This document shows, in pieces, positions 11,899 to 23,670 of a stretch of DNA of 64,000 nucleotides. Made by a program: the position numbers and the translations under genes. The DNA lies in assembly GCA_001600815.1 (NCBI GenBank), contig BCKZ01000002.1, positions 1,372,294 to 1,436,293 on the forward strand. The letters run 5' to 3'. Source of the DNA: Alloascoidea hylecoeti (lineage: Eukaryota). The notes beneath the pieces were generated by a model, which saw only the letters and a list, made by a program, of their open reading frames with translations, was not told the DNA's origin and made no database searches. Numbering within the stretch: position 1 is the stretch's first letter; every line of letters begins with the position of its first letter.

Positions 11899-14568
11899 TT
11901 ACTGCGTCTTCTTCTTTTTATAATATAATTTATTGATAAAGGCATTGTGCTTCAATTCTTTATTCTTATTTTTATTAACCTCAACATAGGCCATATCTTG
12001 TCCTCCTGCAAGACCTGCCAAACTACCTGCTGTTCTCCTTGCTTTTGAAAATCTATTATTTTGATTATTGTTATGTCTTTTCTTATGTGCATTTGCACCA
12101 CGACCAAGTGTATTATCTGCATCATCACCAACTTCAATTCCTGCCATATCTTCATTTTGTAATAAAACGTCTTGCAATAATTCTCTTTGTTCAGCTTTTG
12201 ATGAGTAAGCTAAATCTGGTAAACTTTCCATTCCATGAAGATGTGTAATTACTTTAAATGCATAACCTTGATCAACTAAAAAGGCTTGTCTTTTAGTTGA
12301 ATAATACATTTCTTGTGTATCTTTTGAAACTAAACTATAGAAAAAAGCATTAAATCCTTCATCATTACGACGTTTTGCTCTTAAAATTCTACCTAATCTT
12401 TGAGCTTCTTGACGTCTTGAACCATAATGTGAAGAAATTTGAATTAAACATGTTGCTTCTGGTAAATCAATACTTGTATCACCAACCTTTGATAAAAATA
12501 TTGTATTAACTTCATCATTATATTGAAAATTTTGTAAAATTTGCATTCTTTCATGCTGTGGAGTTGAACCATAAATAAATGGTTTTTTCAATTTTAATGC
12601 ATAAGCTTCTAAAGCATAAACATTATCTGAAAATACAATAATTTTATCACCACGATTTTCATGATAACTTATTAAAAATTGACAAGCTTGAAACTTAATA
12701 GGATTCATAATATATAAAAGCATTCTTTTCCTTGCAGTTTCTCTTAAATATTCTTGATAAAATTCAGCAGTCATTGGACACCAAACTTCTGCACATTGAA
12801 CATTTGCAATATGACCTTTTTGGGCTAAATCCATCCAATTTGCTTCATATAATTTAGGACCAATTAAGAAATTTAAATCACTAATTTTATCATCTTCACG
12901 AACTAAAGTGGCAGTTAATCCTAATTTAGCATGTGCTGCAATTGTTGTAACTACTCGTCTAAACATTGCTGCTGGAACGACATGAACTTCATCAAGAATA
13001 ATAAGCCCCCATTCTCTAGATGTTAAGAAATCCATAACTTTTTGTGCATCATGAGATCGATTTCTTGTATTTGCAACCATTGAATAAGTTGAAACTACTA
13101 ATCCTGCACTTCCTTTAAACATTTCTTTGTTTTCAGAAGTGAAAACAGCAACATCTTGTGGTTGAATAGTACACCATTGAAGAAATTGTTGCCTCCATTG
13201 CATAACGGAAACAGAAGAAGTACATAAAACCAAAACACTTTTCCTAATTGTACAAGCAGCTGTAATACCAACCAAAGTTTTACCAGCACCACATGGTAAT
13301 ACAATAATACCTGATCTTGCTCTACCATTACCAAACATTTTACTTAAACTTTTCTCTTGATATGGTCTAATTTGTGTTGAAGGCTTTAAATCAATATCTA
13401 AATTTGGATTTCTTGTATCATTTCTAAAATCATATTCTTCTAATACTGGATAATCAATTTCTTGACATCTTTTTTTAACAATTTCAACTGAATCAGGAGC
13501 AACTTCAAATGAATGTACAGTATCTAAATCATCATCATCATCATCATCCTTATCACCAAAAATATCTGGAATATTTTCTTTTTCTTTTTCCTTTCCATCA
13601 TCTTTATCAGTTGTTTTATTATTTGTACCAGGTATAACTAAACCACCAAGCAATGGTGCTTTTTCTTCAATAAGACCATATTTTGTAACAGTTTCTGATG
13701 CTTCAATACGTAAAGGACCAAGTTCTTTATCTTTTAATAACATTTGCAAAACATCAGCCTGTGTACTTTCAACAAAATATCTATTATGTTTTAAAACAAG
13801 TTTAACTTTACCATAAGATATAGTACAACTATGAATAAAATTAATAATTGGAACCGGAACTGGGACTTTTGATAATCTATTTAAAACAGAAATAATATCA
13901 TTTGTTTCAAGTCCAACCGATACAGCAGCATAAAGTGAATAAGCTGTTAATTTATATTCATGTATAAATGAAGGACGACTAACAGGTTCTGCAATAGTTA
14001 CTAAAAAATCTTGTGCTTGTTCTGCTAATGGTGAAAAACTTTCTAAAATGATTTTACCATCTTGAGGTGATATCCAAATTGGTCTTGAACTATGATCAGG
14101 TTTTAATTTTAAATATGAAAAATCATTTTTACCAAAGATTCGAGAAACAACATCTGGTGTAAAATCATCTGGAACACCTATAGCTACGTTTTTTTGTGCT
14201 TGTTTAACAGCAAGGGCTTTTGAGGTTGGTGCTGATGGCGTTGATGCTGGAGTAGATGGTTGATTTTTTTTATCTGCTACCCTTAACTTCACCTTTGGTA
14301 ATGCTTTAAACAATGAAAAAGAATAAAGTTAGGATTCATAATCAATTATATTACTATCTACAATATCATAAAACCTACGTGCTTGTTCAGGTTCATCATC
14401 GTCTTCTGAGTAAGTATTGCTAGAATCCGAATAATAGTTGCCACTATCTAATTCAGCATAGTTCGGACGGTTGACTATAATAAAATAATAAATATGAGTA
14501 ACTAATGCTTATATAGTGTTGTTTATAATAAAGAGTGTTGAAAACATACTCTCTCTCAGTCTGGACAT
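11899..14568 (-). CDS. SSL2: TFIIH XPB helicase Ssl2/Rad25; 3 exons (14568-14550, 14474-14379, 14303-11899)
   Basis: [12 protein letters not shown] and [13 protein letters not shown] motifs. Two 75-nt introns (GTATGT..TAG and GTAGGT..TCCTAAC..AAG) join an ATG in frame, giving [18 protein letters not shown]...EQAPLPKVK. Confidence 0.95.
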
Positions 14569-14689
14569 GAGTCGAATAGATAACGGTGAAGCAGAAGAGT
14601 ACCACTGAAAATATAAAATGTGAAAAAGTGTATGGGTGTTATGTTTAGCACTTGTGCATTATCTTCATGGGATCTTTATTTGAATTCTG

Positions 14690-14930
14690 ATTTCATCTGT
14701 AGTGTCAATGAGATGCTATAAAATCCTGGAAAGCTTTAAGAAAGCACAACCTCAGCTAGATAAAGAGAAACGAGTAACAAATCCCCCCAACCACTGCCCC
14801 CCCAAAAAGGATTTCATTGAAATATACCAGACCAGAAGGAAGGTACTAAAGTTATAACCCTTTGGAACGATCGGGGTTTACAGCAATTCATCCTTTTAAG
14901 GTACTATCAAAGTTAGGAGAGGTTTGGTAG
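14690..14930 (+). mobile_element. Fragment of pogo/Fot1-like transposon
   Basis: acgagtaacaaatccccccaaccactgccccccc-aaaaaggattt matches the reverse complement of 47690-47737. Residual peptide SGFTAIHPFKVLSKL. Confidence 0.6.
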
Positions 14931-15429
14931 GCGAAAAAGAGGTATAAATAACCCAAAAGATTGAGGAAGAATTCATTTTATGTGGGGATTTACGTGAAAA
15001 TATATATATCCATCGAGTTTGTAAGAGAATCTTACAAAGGGTGGCTAGAAAATCGAAAACATCTAAGATATTTGATGTTGATTTATGCATTTGGAGGAAT
15101 ATCTTCAAAGGTATGCTTTTATCTCAAAATTTATTAATACTCTAAGTGGAATTCAGACTTCTAAGAGGGTAAAAGTCTAATTACACACAATTTTCCGGAG
15201 ATAACAAAATGTGTGTGTCGGATGCTTGGAACTAGACTCAATATGCTAAATCGGAGAAGAATGCTCACACCACAACAACATTTACAAAATAAAATATTGA
15301 ACATATATATTATCATGATCAGAATTATAAGATTAAGTGGATTTTAGTGACACTATTTTTAATAATTAATATATTTGTTGCAGGTTTTCCAATTTGTGGT
15401 TGAAATAATATAATTTTAGGCGGACGGCT

Positions 15430-16088
15430 AAGCTTTTTCAAACCGTTGCCTATTCTTGGCTATATCTTCGATCTGGTAAAGAATATTTTTATCCTTTGTT
15501 TCCACAAGGCGCAACTTGTGAAGGTGATAAATATATACAATAGCTTCTATTTCACTTGGACTACCATTATATCAGTTGAAAACAGGTGTCAGAACCGTGA
15601 GTGTCACTGAGGTATTTTAAAGAAAATAGTGAAAAATTTAGAGGTACTTAAGCGCGCTTCAATGGTTCAAGTCGCAACATTGATATGATTCAAGAAGAAG
15701 GGCATGCAGGTGGTGATCATGATATATTCCCAGAATCAAATAGTCGGGAAGGTGTAGATTAAATCATCGCAAATTTTGATAAAGTTGATAATAATTTATT
15801 TCTGGAATAATCCACCACTTTTATTTGTACACTATACCCCCAATCATATCTTGATTACTCTTTAACGAGCATGTTATTATTGGTGATGCTAATGTTTATG
15901 ATGAAGATATTTTTGATTTTGTTCCAACCTTTGAAAAAACATTAAAGAGATTACTTGTTCGCTTTCTATATACATAATCAAAGGAACGCGAATATGTTGC
16001 TCATTTCGCACAAGGAACTAATAATAAAGAATGGGATGATACGAGAAACATGTGCAAAAACCGAGCACGTTGGATGGTTAGAAGATAA
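15430..16088 (+). pseudogene. Possible decayed coding sequence of unknown family
   Basis: Protein-like stretches broken by stops: QTVAYSWLYLRSGKEYFYPLFPQGATCEGDK, EHVIIGDANVYDEDIFDFVPTFEKTLKRLL and EYVAHFAQGTNNKEWDDTRNMCKNRARW. Confidence 0.35.
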
Positions 16089-16594
16089 TCATTCATGATG
16101 ATCGATATCATGATGATCGATATGATCATCTACATTTTATATTTTTTGTTTGTATAGAAGGAGTCTATTATATAATTAACACTTCTTTTATAATAGTTGA
16201 TACGCTATGGACCGGTTTATAGTTATAGCTAGCTGAATGTAATTATAATATTGATTTCCGAATAAGAGCCGAATTAATTCTAATGGTAATTAATAGTTCT
16301 AGAAGTTGACAATTAAGTAAAGGTCGGGTCTAGTGGTTTCCTAGGAACGATTGGGCACCACGGGACCACTAATCCAGGTGTTACGCGGGGGACAATGGAG
16401 GATGATGTGGCGGGAATCCAAGAAGTTAAACCGTTAACGTTGAGTATGCAGAGTTAAACTATATGTCGCACAAATCGAACGGCGGAAGGGACTCCCGATC
16501 AGGCAAGCCAGATTTTTTATTTTTATTTTATATCTTTAATTTATCTTTTTCTTAATCTTTATAATCACATCATTTGTTAATTGATAAGTTTAAA

Positions 16595-17477
16595 ATGTCA
16601 ACCTCCAGAGCAAGAAAAATCGCCGTTGTTGGCTCCAGAGCTGTCGGTATGTTATCCCTCTTGATTTTGTTTCCTTTTTTTCTTTTGGTCTTTCCGTGAT
16701 AGTGTGTGGTCAGCAAACTCTATACGGCGATTGAAATTTCTATCTCGATGACCACCATTTTTCCTGTGTTTGGTCTCGATAACATGATCTCGGACTATTC
16801 TAACTTTTTACCTTAACTCTCTGCCTTTTGTTTGGCCTGGATTTTCATTTTAATATAGGGAAATCATCTATGACAGTTCAATACGTTGATGAGCACTTTG
16901 TTGAAAGTTATTATCCTACAATTGAAAATCAATTTTCCAAAATAGTGCGTTACAAAGGACAAGATTACGCCATTGAAATTCTAGATACAGCAGGACAAGA
17001 TGAATTTAGTATTATGAATCAAAAACATCTTATCGGTGTTCATGGCTATGTTTTAGTATACTCCGTTGTTTCAAGATCAAGTTTTGAAATGTTACGGGTT
17101 ATTAGAGATAAGATTTTAAATAGTACTGGAACTGATACAATTCCTATGATCGTTGTTGGAAATAAATCCGATTTAACTACACAAAAAAATGTTTCATCTG
17201 AAGAAGGAATCAAATTAGCAACAGAATTCAATTGTGCTTTTATCGAGACAAGTGCTAAAAATAATGATAATGTTGGTAAGTATAAAATTTTCTCTCCCTT
17301 TTTTTCTTCATTGTTAAATTGGTTCCATAACATGGAAGATAATTCTTTTTATATTTGATTTATATATACTAATAACAATAATTTTAAATAGATAAGGCAT
17401 TTGAATTATTAATCTTAGAGATTGAAAAAGCTCAAAATCCTCAACCTCCTTCAAATGAAAAATGCATAATTATGTGA
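16595..17477 (+). CDS. RHB1: Rheb small GTPase; 3 exons (16595-16646, 16859-17275, 17392-17477)
   Basis: Rheb-type P-loop GSRAVGKSS spans intron 1. YYPTIEN, DTAGQDE, NKSD and SAK motifs. Ends in CAAX box CIIM after intron 2 (GTAAGT..TACTAAT..TAG). Confidence 0.95.
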
Positions 17478-17907
17478 AGCAACAACGTTAACAAAAAAAA
17501 AAAAATCAAAAATCAAAAAAAAAAAAAGTCTAAAAACTTGAAAGTACCCTTTTTTAAATTATAATGAATTCAAAGCTTAAGTTTTAGTTTTATAATTATA
17601 ATCTAATTATTTATATCTTTTATTATGTAATGCTGTTGATATTTTTTAAACATATTCATTCATTAATTATTGTTTTGATTTTTTTGGAGATTCTTTCATT
17701 AATATTGTTTTTTTTAAATTCTTATAGATATAAAATCATATATATATGTTTATAATTAATTATCAAGATTAAACAACAAAATTAACACATTATATTAACT
17801 ATCAAAATTAAAAAAATAACAAACATATATATTAACAAAAAGGAAAGGCTATTGAATTTTTTTATAATTATAATGAAAGAAGAAACATGTACACTAACTA
17901 GTAACAA

Positions 17908-19230
17908 CTACATAATAAATCTTAAGTTAACATCAATAGGATGACAACAACTTAATTGTGGTTTTTGTTTATATTTTGCCTTCATTAATTTTCTCATATT
18001 TTTTAATAATTCAAGATAACTTAAATTATTATTTTCATTCATTACATGAAGAAACGCATAAGACATTGCACCTGTAGATACACCGTTTTCTTTCGAATCA
18101 GCACTTGTTTGATCATCTTTACAACCACTTATAAGTATAACATCAGCAGGATGAGTTTTTGTTTGTTTAGTTTTATCTGCAGCAGAATCACCAATACTCA
18201 CTTTTGTAAATAATGAAGTTACATCATTAAGGATACCACTATAATTACCAGAAGCATAGTTTGTAACAGCAGATAATAAACCTTCTCCTGCTTCTTGTAA
18301 TAAGTTAGGTTCTTTAACAATTCCTTTAGTAGAATAAATATAAGGTAGATCCAAAACGGTACCCGAATGACAACTATCAAATAAAGCAGTTAAACGTACA
18401 CCTGCTTGTAAAGGAGAAACCAATAATAAATGTAAAGTATCATCAATGATTTCACCATTAGTTTCAAAATCCAAAGGATAAATACATTCATCAAAACCAT
18501 CATCTTCATCACCATCTTGATCAGCAACTTGACCACCATGACCTGAATAATGGAAGAATAAAGAATCATCAGGTTGAGCATTATTAACAAGCCATTTACA
18601 ACCTTTTATAATATTTTCTTTAGTTGGAGAAGATCTTGAATCTCCACCATCAGTTAAAATAACCATATCATCTTTTTTATAATTATATTTGGTTTGTAAG
18701 AAATTAGAAACATTATGAACGTCATTAATACAACCTTTTAATTCATTTTTGGTACCGGTATAATTGATCCCAATTAGTAAAGCCTTTCGCTTACCAGTAC
18801 ATTCGGAGTATTGATAGCTATAGTTATCTACTTTTGAGGAGAAGTTGATGGCTTGGTGTGTTGGTTTTGGAGGAGCACCAGAGGGAGGTCCGTATGAATC
18901 GTAATTGTGTCTGTTTTGTTCCTGAGGATAGCCTTGCGAATGCTGGGAGTAGCCTTGGGAATGGTGCTGGTAGCCCTGGTGCTGGTAGCCCTGGTGCTGC
19001 TGAGGAGGGTAACTTGGGTAATTGGGAGAATAGCCTTGGGGAGGAGGGTAACCACCGGGGGGGCCTGGAGGGCCCGGGGGACGCGGGGGGTAGCCACCTG
19101 GGGACTGGGGGGGAGGGTACCCCTGGAACCAGGGAGGAGCCTGCTGTGGAGGCCCGTATCGGCCGTGCTGAGAGTCACTTCTGGATGATCTGCCACCGTA
19201 CGAACGGTAGCCTTGGCCTGGATATGACAT
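17908..19230 (-). CDS. MCA1: Type I metacaspase
   Basis: KKALLIGINY-like RKALLIGINY, catalytic HYSGHG and DSCHSG. Pro/Gln/Tyr-rich prodomain. Confidence 0.95.
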   Translation of the reverse strand: MSYPGQGYRSYGGRSSRSDSQHGRYGPPQQAPPWFQGYPPPQSPGGYPPRPPGPPGPPGGYPPPQGYSPNYPSYPPQQHQGYQHQGYQHHSQGYSQHSQGYPQEQNRHNYDSYGPPSGAPPKPTHQAINFSSKVDNYSYQYSECTGKRKALLIGINYTGTKNELKGCINDVHNVSNFLQTKYNYKKDDMVILTDGGDSRSSPTKENIIKGCKWLVNNAQPDDSLFFHYSGHGGQVADQDGDEDDGFDECIYPLDFETNGEIIDDTLHLLLVSPLQAGVRLTALFDSCHSGTVLDLPYIYSTKGIVKEPNLLQEAGEGLLSAVTNYASGNYSGILNDVTSLFTKVSIGDSAADKTKQTKTHPADVILISGCKDDQTSADSKENGVSTGAMSYAFLHVMNENNNLSYLELLKNMRKLMKAKYKQKPQLSCCHPIDVNLRFIM

Positions 19231-19285
19231 GATTTGGGTCGGGAGATAAGAATGACTTCGAGGTTTGTGTCAGATCTATTGTCAC

Positions 19286-19318
19286 CTCCCGTAACTTTAT
19301 CCAAGTATCTTACGGGAG
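19286..19318. promoter_or_regulatory. Inverted repeat CTCCCGTAA-N15-TTACGGGAG in the MCA1/BIM1 divergent promoter
   Basis: Perfect 9-bp dyad within a 241-bp bidirectional intergenic region. Confidence 0.45.
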
Positions 19319-19471
19319 ATCGCACTTTAACTTTTTTCTTCTGTTTTCTTTTTTGACCGATTCGTCTCGTACCTTCAAACCTTCGAAAAATCATATAATA
19401 AGCCATTAACTTAATTTAATTTGTTGTTTTATTTTATAATTGTTTATATATTATCAAACAAATAAATCAAA

Positions 19472-20605
19472 ATGGCTGTGGCAGAGTCAAGACAAGAATT
19501 ACTTAATTGGTTGAATGCAACACTAAATCTCAATTATACAAAGATTGAACAATGTGGTACAGGAGCAGCATATTGTCAATTATTCGATTCAATTTATTAT
19601 GATATACCAATGTCAAAAGTTAAATATGATGGGAAGTCTGATTATGTTTATATCAATAATTATAAAGTACTGCAAGCTGCTTTTCTAAAACATCATATTG
19701 AAAAAACAATATTTGTTGAAAGATTAATTAAATGTAGATTTCAAGATAATTTGGAGTTTTTACAATTTATGAGGAAATTTTGGAATGAAAATAAAGATGA
19801 TAGTCCTTATGATCCTGATGCAAGAAGGAAATCACTTCCAGGGGGATCCGGTGCTGGTCCTGGTGCTGCTCATCATATAGGAGGTCCACGGAGATTAGGT
19901 TCAGGAGTTGGTCAGGGAGCAAGAGCTCCTTCTACAACAAGTGGTCCTCGAAGAGGAACTCCAAATTCTTCTGTCGGAAGACCACCTGCTGCTGGTGCAA
20001 GAACAACTTCAAGAGGTTCAACCCAAAGAGGTGCAACTCCAAGTGGTCCAAGTGGTCCAAGTGGTGGCTCAGGTTATGGAAGACGTGGTGGTTCGTCTGT
20101 TTCTGGTATGACTGGAAGTCGGGCGGTTCCTGGTGCAAGAGCCGCTGCTTCATCCCGTGGTGGTGTAAGATCTACATCTACACCGGATCCACAACTTTTA
20201 CAACAATTATCACAGGCAAATGAAACAGTCACACAATTACAATCGGAAAATCAAGAAATGAATGGTTTAGTTGAAGGATTAGAAACAGAACGTAATTTTT
20301 ATTTCAATAAATTAAGAGAAATTGAAATAGTAATGCAAACAATATCTGATGATTTAGGACTTGAAGATGAAGATAATATAAGCAATGCAGTTGAAGAATT
20401 AAAGAATTTAACAGTATCTGGTACAAGTGGTAATCATTGGTCATTATATTCATTAGTTAAACAGATCCAGGAAGTCTTATATTCAACAGAAGATGGTTTC
20501 CAAGTACCTGTTCCTGATGAAGAAGATAATGGAGAAGTTGAAATTGATCCAAATGCTGATTATGATGGGGGTAATCAACAGGAGTATGATGATGAAACCT
20601 TTTAA
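19472..20605 (+). CDS. BIM1: EB1 microtubule plus-end protein
   Basis: CH domain ESRQELLNWLN..IEQCGTGAAYCQ..KCRFQDNLEFLQ. EBH motif LETERNFYFNKLREIE. Acidic-aromatic tail DDETF. Confidence 0.95.
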   Translation: MAVAESRQELLNWLNATLNLNYTKIEQCGTGAAYCQLFDSIYYDIPMSKVKYDGKSDYVYINNYKVLQAAFLKHHIEKTIFVERLIKCRFQDNLEFLQFMRKFWNENKDDSPYDPDARRKSLPGGSGAGPGAAHHIGGPRRLGSGVGQGARAPSTTSGPRRGTPNSSVGRPPAAGARTTSRGSTQRGATPSGPSGPSGGSGYGRRGGSSVSGMTGSRAVPGARAAASSRGGVRSTSTPDPQLLQQLSQANETVTQLQSENQEMNGLVEGLETERNFYFNKLREIEIVMQTISDDLGLEDEDNISNAVEELKNLTVSGTSGNHWSLYSLVKQIQEVLYSTEDGFQVPVPDEEDNGEVEIDPNADYDGGNQQEYDDETF

Positions 20606-20730
20606 ATATATATAATTTGAATTTTCGTTATCTTTTACATATAATTATAGTAATTTATATATATTTGTAGGGTAAACAATTCATCCATGAAACCCATAAT
20701 ATTTCAAGATCCCCGATACAACTTAACACA

Positions 20731-21306
20731 ATGTCTACTCCACCAAGTACTTCACTTTTAATAGACAATCTTGTCTCAAATCTTTTCGTTGAAGCAGATA
20801 AACAGAGTGATCAGTCCGATGACCATGAAGGTAACAAACAAGTCAACAAACAAGTCACTTTTATTTTATCAATGATGTTTCCTCAAGAATTTTTCACATC
20901 CCTCGCACTCCTTGAAAACAACCATGTATCGCATTTTGATGATGGTTTTGATCGAATGTTTATTGTTTCAGATATAACACAATTGATGATGGGTCTTCAA
21001 TTAGAATCAGAATCCCCATTTGCAGCAAGAAGACGTCATGGAGTTCATGGAGTTCATAGAGATGTACCATCAGAGAACTATGTTGTTGATTTATTAACTT
21101 GGTCGTGTCAATGTGATGAATTTCTAAAAAAGTTATATATTGAGTCAGAGTCTAGCATAGTAAGCATTGAAGAAGATGAGGAAAATAACAACTCAAATAA
21201 AAAAGGATATGGAGGTTTAAGAAATGGAACGTTGGGGCCAGTTTCCCCAATTCCCACGTGTGTCCATTTATTGGCGGCCTACTTGTATGAAAAGTATAAG
21301 GAGTGA
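20731..21306 (+). CDS. SWIM zinc-finger protein, Shu2/Sws1-like
   Basis: YVVDLLTWSCQCDEF...CVHLLA is the CxC...CxH SWIM signature. Small protein. Confidence 0.7.
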   Translation: MSTPPSTSLLIDNLVSNLFVEADKQSDQSDDHEGNKQVNKQVTFILSMMFPQEFFTSLALLENNHVSHFDDGFDRMFIVSDITQLMMGLQLESESPFAARRRHGVHGVHRDVPSENYVVDLLTWSCQCDEFLKKLYIESESSIVSIEEDEENNNSNKKGYGGLRNGTLGPVSPIPTCVHLLAAYLYEKYKE

Positions 21307-21394
21307 TTAGGTAAACATTATGGAACCTCGGCTCGTGTGATTATCAGCAACCTTCTGAATTTCTTGTTTCTTCTATCTTCTCTTTACAAACAAA

Positions 21395-22174
21395 ATGGTA
21401 TCTGTTTTAGTCACCTCGTTGTTGACAATTTATTTTGTTACAAATATCAAAGGAATTCCCTTTGCTTGGCACGCCAGATTCTACTATTATGTTTTTAAAA
21501 GTTTATGGTTGAATAAGAATAAGCAAATCTCAACCAAAGAATCCCAATCTTCAAATGATATATTCCGACCAAGAGTTTTCAAAACACATGCTCCTCCAAT
21601 TGAATGTGATATGTATTTGCATAAATCAAATTCAACTTATTTTTCAGATTTAGATATTGCAAGAACTGATTTCATGTGTTTTATTTTGAAAAAAGCTTAT
21701 CTATATTATAACAAAAAAAATGGAAGATATCCTTTTACGCCAGTTGCAAAAGTTCAAATATCTTTTAAAAAAGAAATTAAACCATTTCAAAGATATACAG
21801 TTAATTCAAGAATTGTTGCATGGGATGATAAATGGATTTTTGTATTATCAAAATTTATGATTAATGATCCAAAAAGTGTTAAAAGAGCAATTATACAAGG
21901 TGATTCAAAATCAATTCCGGCAAAAACGGGTAATAAAGTTTTGGATAAATATAGTACTGTTGCTGCTGTTGCTTTAACTAAATATGTTTTAAAGAATGGA
22001 AGAATTACAATTCCTCCAGAAGAAGCATTTGAAATTTGTGGTTTGATTAATGATGATGTAAAGAAAATTGGTAGAGAACAATTTAAATTGATTGAATCAA
22101 ATAGTAGTGATTACATTGAAACTCTTGATACATTTGTTGAGAAAGATTTTGTGAAAGGAGATTTACTTGCTTAA
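21395..22174 (+). CDS. Hot-dog-fold thioesterase-like protein (YBR096W/THEM6-like)
   Basis: ECDMYLHKSNSTYFSDLDIAR and FKKEIKPFQRY..SRIVAWDDKW motifs. Hydrophobic N-terminus. Confidence 0.8.
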   Translation: MVSVLVTSLLTIYFVTNIKGIPFAWHARFYYYVFKSLWLNKNKQISTKESQSSNDIFRPRVFKTHAPPIECDMYLHKSNSTYFSDLDIARTDFMCFILKKAYLYYNKKNGRYPFTPVAKVQISFKKEIKPFQRYTVNSRIVAWDDKWIFVLSKFMINDPKSVKRAIIQGDSKSIPAKTGNKVLDKYSTVAAVALTKYVLKNGRITIPPEEAFEICGLINDDVKKIGREQFKLIESNSSDYIETLDTFVEKDFVKGDLLA

Positions 22175-23157
22175 ATACATTTTAGATAGCTATTAACTAT
22201 AGATTAGATATAAATTTTAAATTACCGTTATGTATTTATAAATTTATAATTAGCGTATGACTGCCGTAGGTTGATAATTTAATGTTAGGGTGTAAATTAA
22301 TAGTTGTAAATTTTAGGTGTAATCGGCTGAAAAAGCAGTCACAAAACCGAAAAAGAAATGTAGAAATTTAAGAATATTTATATAGAAGAAATGCGTAAAA
22401 TTAAATAAATATAGTTAAGAATAACTCATTAGATTTAAAAGATAATAGATAAGTAAATAAGTAAAGAAAAGCAGATAATTACTACAGAAAAAAATATTGA
22501 AGAAATATGTCAAGCATTTTAGTTTACAAGGAAGTTAAATAAAGATGGAGAAATGTTTCTGTTTTTGCTTGGATATGTCCTTAATTATGAATACATTACA
22601 TGTAACACATTCCCTCATTTCATTAATATCGTTTGTCTTCAGTCCTTTTGGACAACAGTACAAACATTAATAAATAAATTAACGTATAGATATATACTTG
22701 AGATCAAAAAAAGACTACTGGTATCGTGTGTTTATTCGTGTCTCTTCTTGATCGAAATTTTTTTTTGATCATTAAGACCTAAAAACCTTATTTTTTTATT
22801 ACCTTTCAATTTTGACATAATATATAAATATTTTTAAAAATCTCATCATCTCTTTTTAAATTTTTTTTTTTTTTTTTTAATTATATATGAATTTTTATTT
22901 AAAAAAATACTGAATAAGATCCAAGTTTTAAAACAAATAATTAAACCTGTATCAATAGTAAAATATAATTATAGAAGGGAAAAATATAACATACACTTCA
23001 GATCTTTTAAATATTATTTTTCTTATATTCATATTGTTACATTGTTTGATTTTTCTGGTTTCTTCAAAATAAACTTGTAGAAAACAAGATTTGATATATT
23101 TATGATTATATATCTAAAAGATCTTTATTATCAACTAACCATACAAGCTAATAAAAT

Positions 23158-23547
23158 GTAAGTATAAAAAACCTCCTTTTATTTAAATTGTTAACCTTTG
23201 TTTTTTGGATTACAATTGAATATCTCATTAAATTTTTTAATTTTCAACATTTCAACTATCAACAATTTTAACTATTAACTTTCAACTCAACTTTTAAAAA
23301 TGATAGCCACACGCAAACGAAAAAAAAAAATAAAATGATTTAAAAAAAGTTGTGATATTTATTACTTATAAATTTATAAATATTATTATGAAAAAATAAA
23401 AGAATATAGATGACAGAGAAATTCCCGTTTAATAATTAAATTTATAATTTGATTTTTAATTGAAATCTAATTAATGGATTCCTTATATATTCTTTTATTT
23501 TCATTTTTACAATTACTAATAGTTTTCTTTCAACTTTCTTGTATTAG
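23158..23547 (+). other. Putative 5'-UTR spliceosomal intron (390 nt) of the C2H2 gene
   Basis: GTAAGT at 23158, TACTAAT at 23514, pyrimidine tract and TAG at 23547. Lies 123 nt upstream of the ATG at 23671. Confidence 0.65.
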
Positions 23548-23670
23548 TGTTTATAAATTATTGTTTCAATTGTGAAATAATCTTCAGATCAAATATCAAA
23601 ATAAAAACGTTTATTATTTATCTTTTATAATTCAAATTACTTCTTAGTTGAAGTTTCAAAATTTACGAAA

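Noticed and set aside
16325..16400. tRNA suggested by GGTCTAGTGGT (A-box/D-loop-like)
   Set aside because: No T-loop GTTCRA motif or cloverleaf follows.
18828..19406. 192-aa minus-strand ORF overlapping MCA1
   Set aside because: Alternate-frame product of the GC-rich prodomain, with no recognisable motif.
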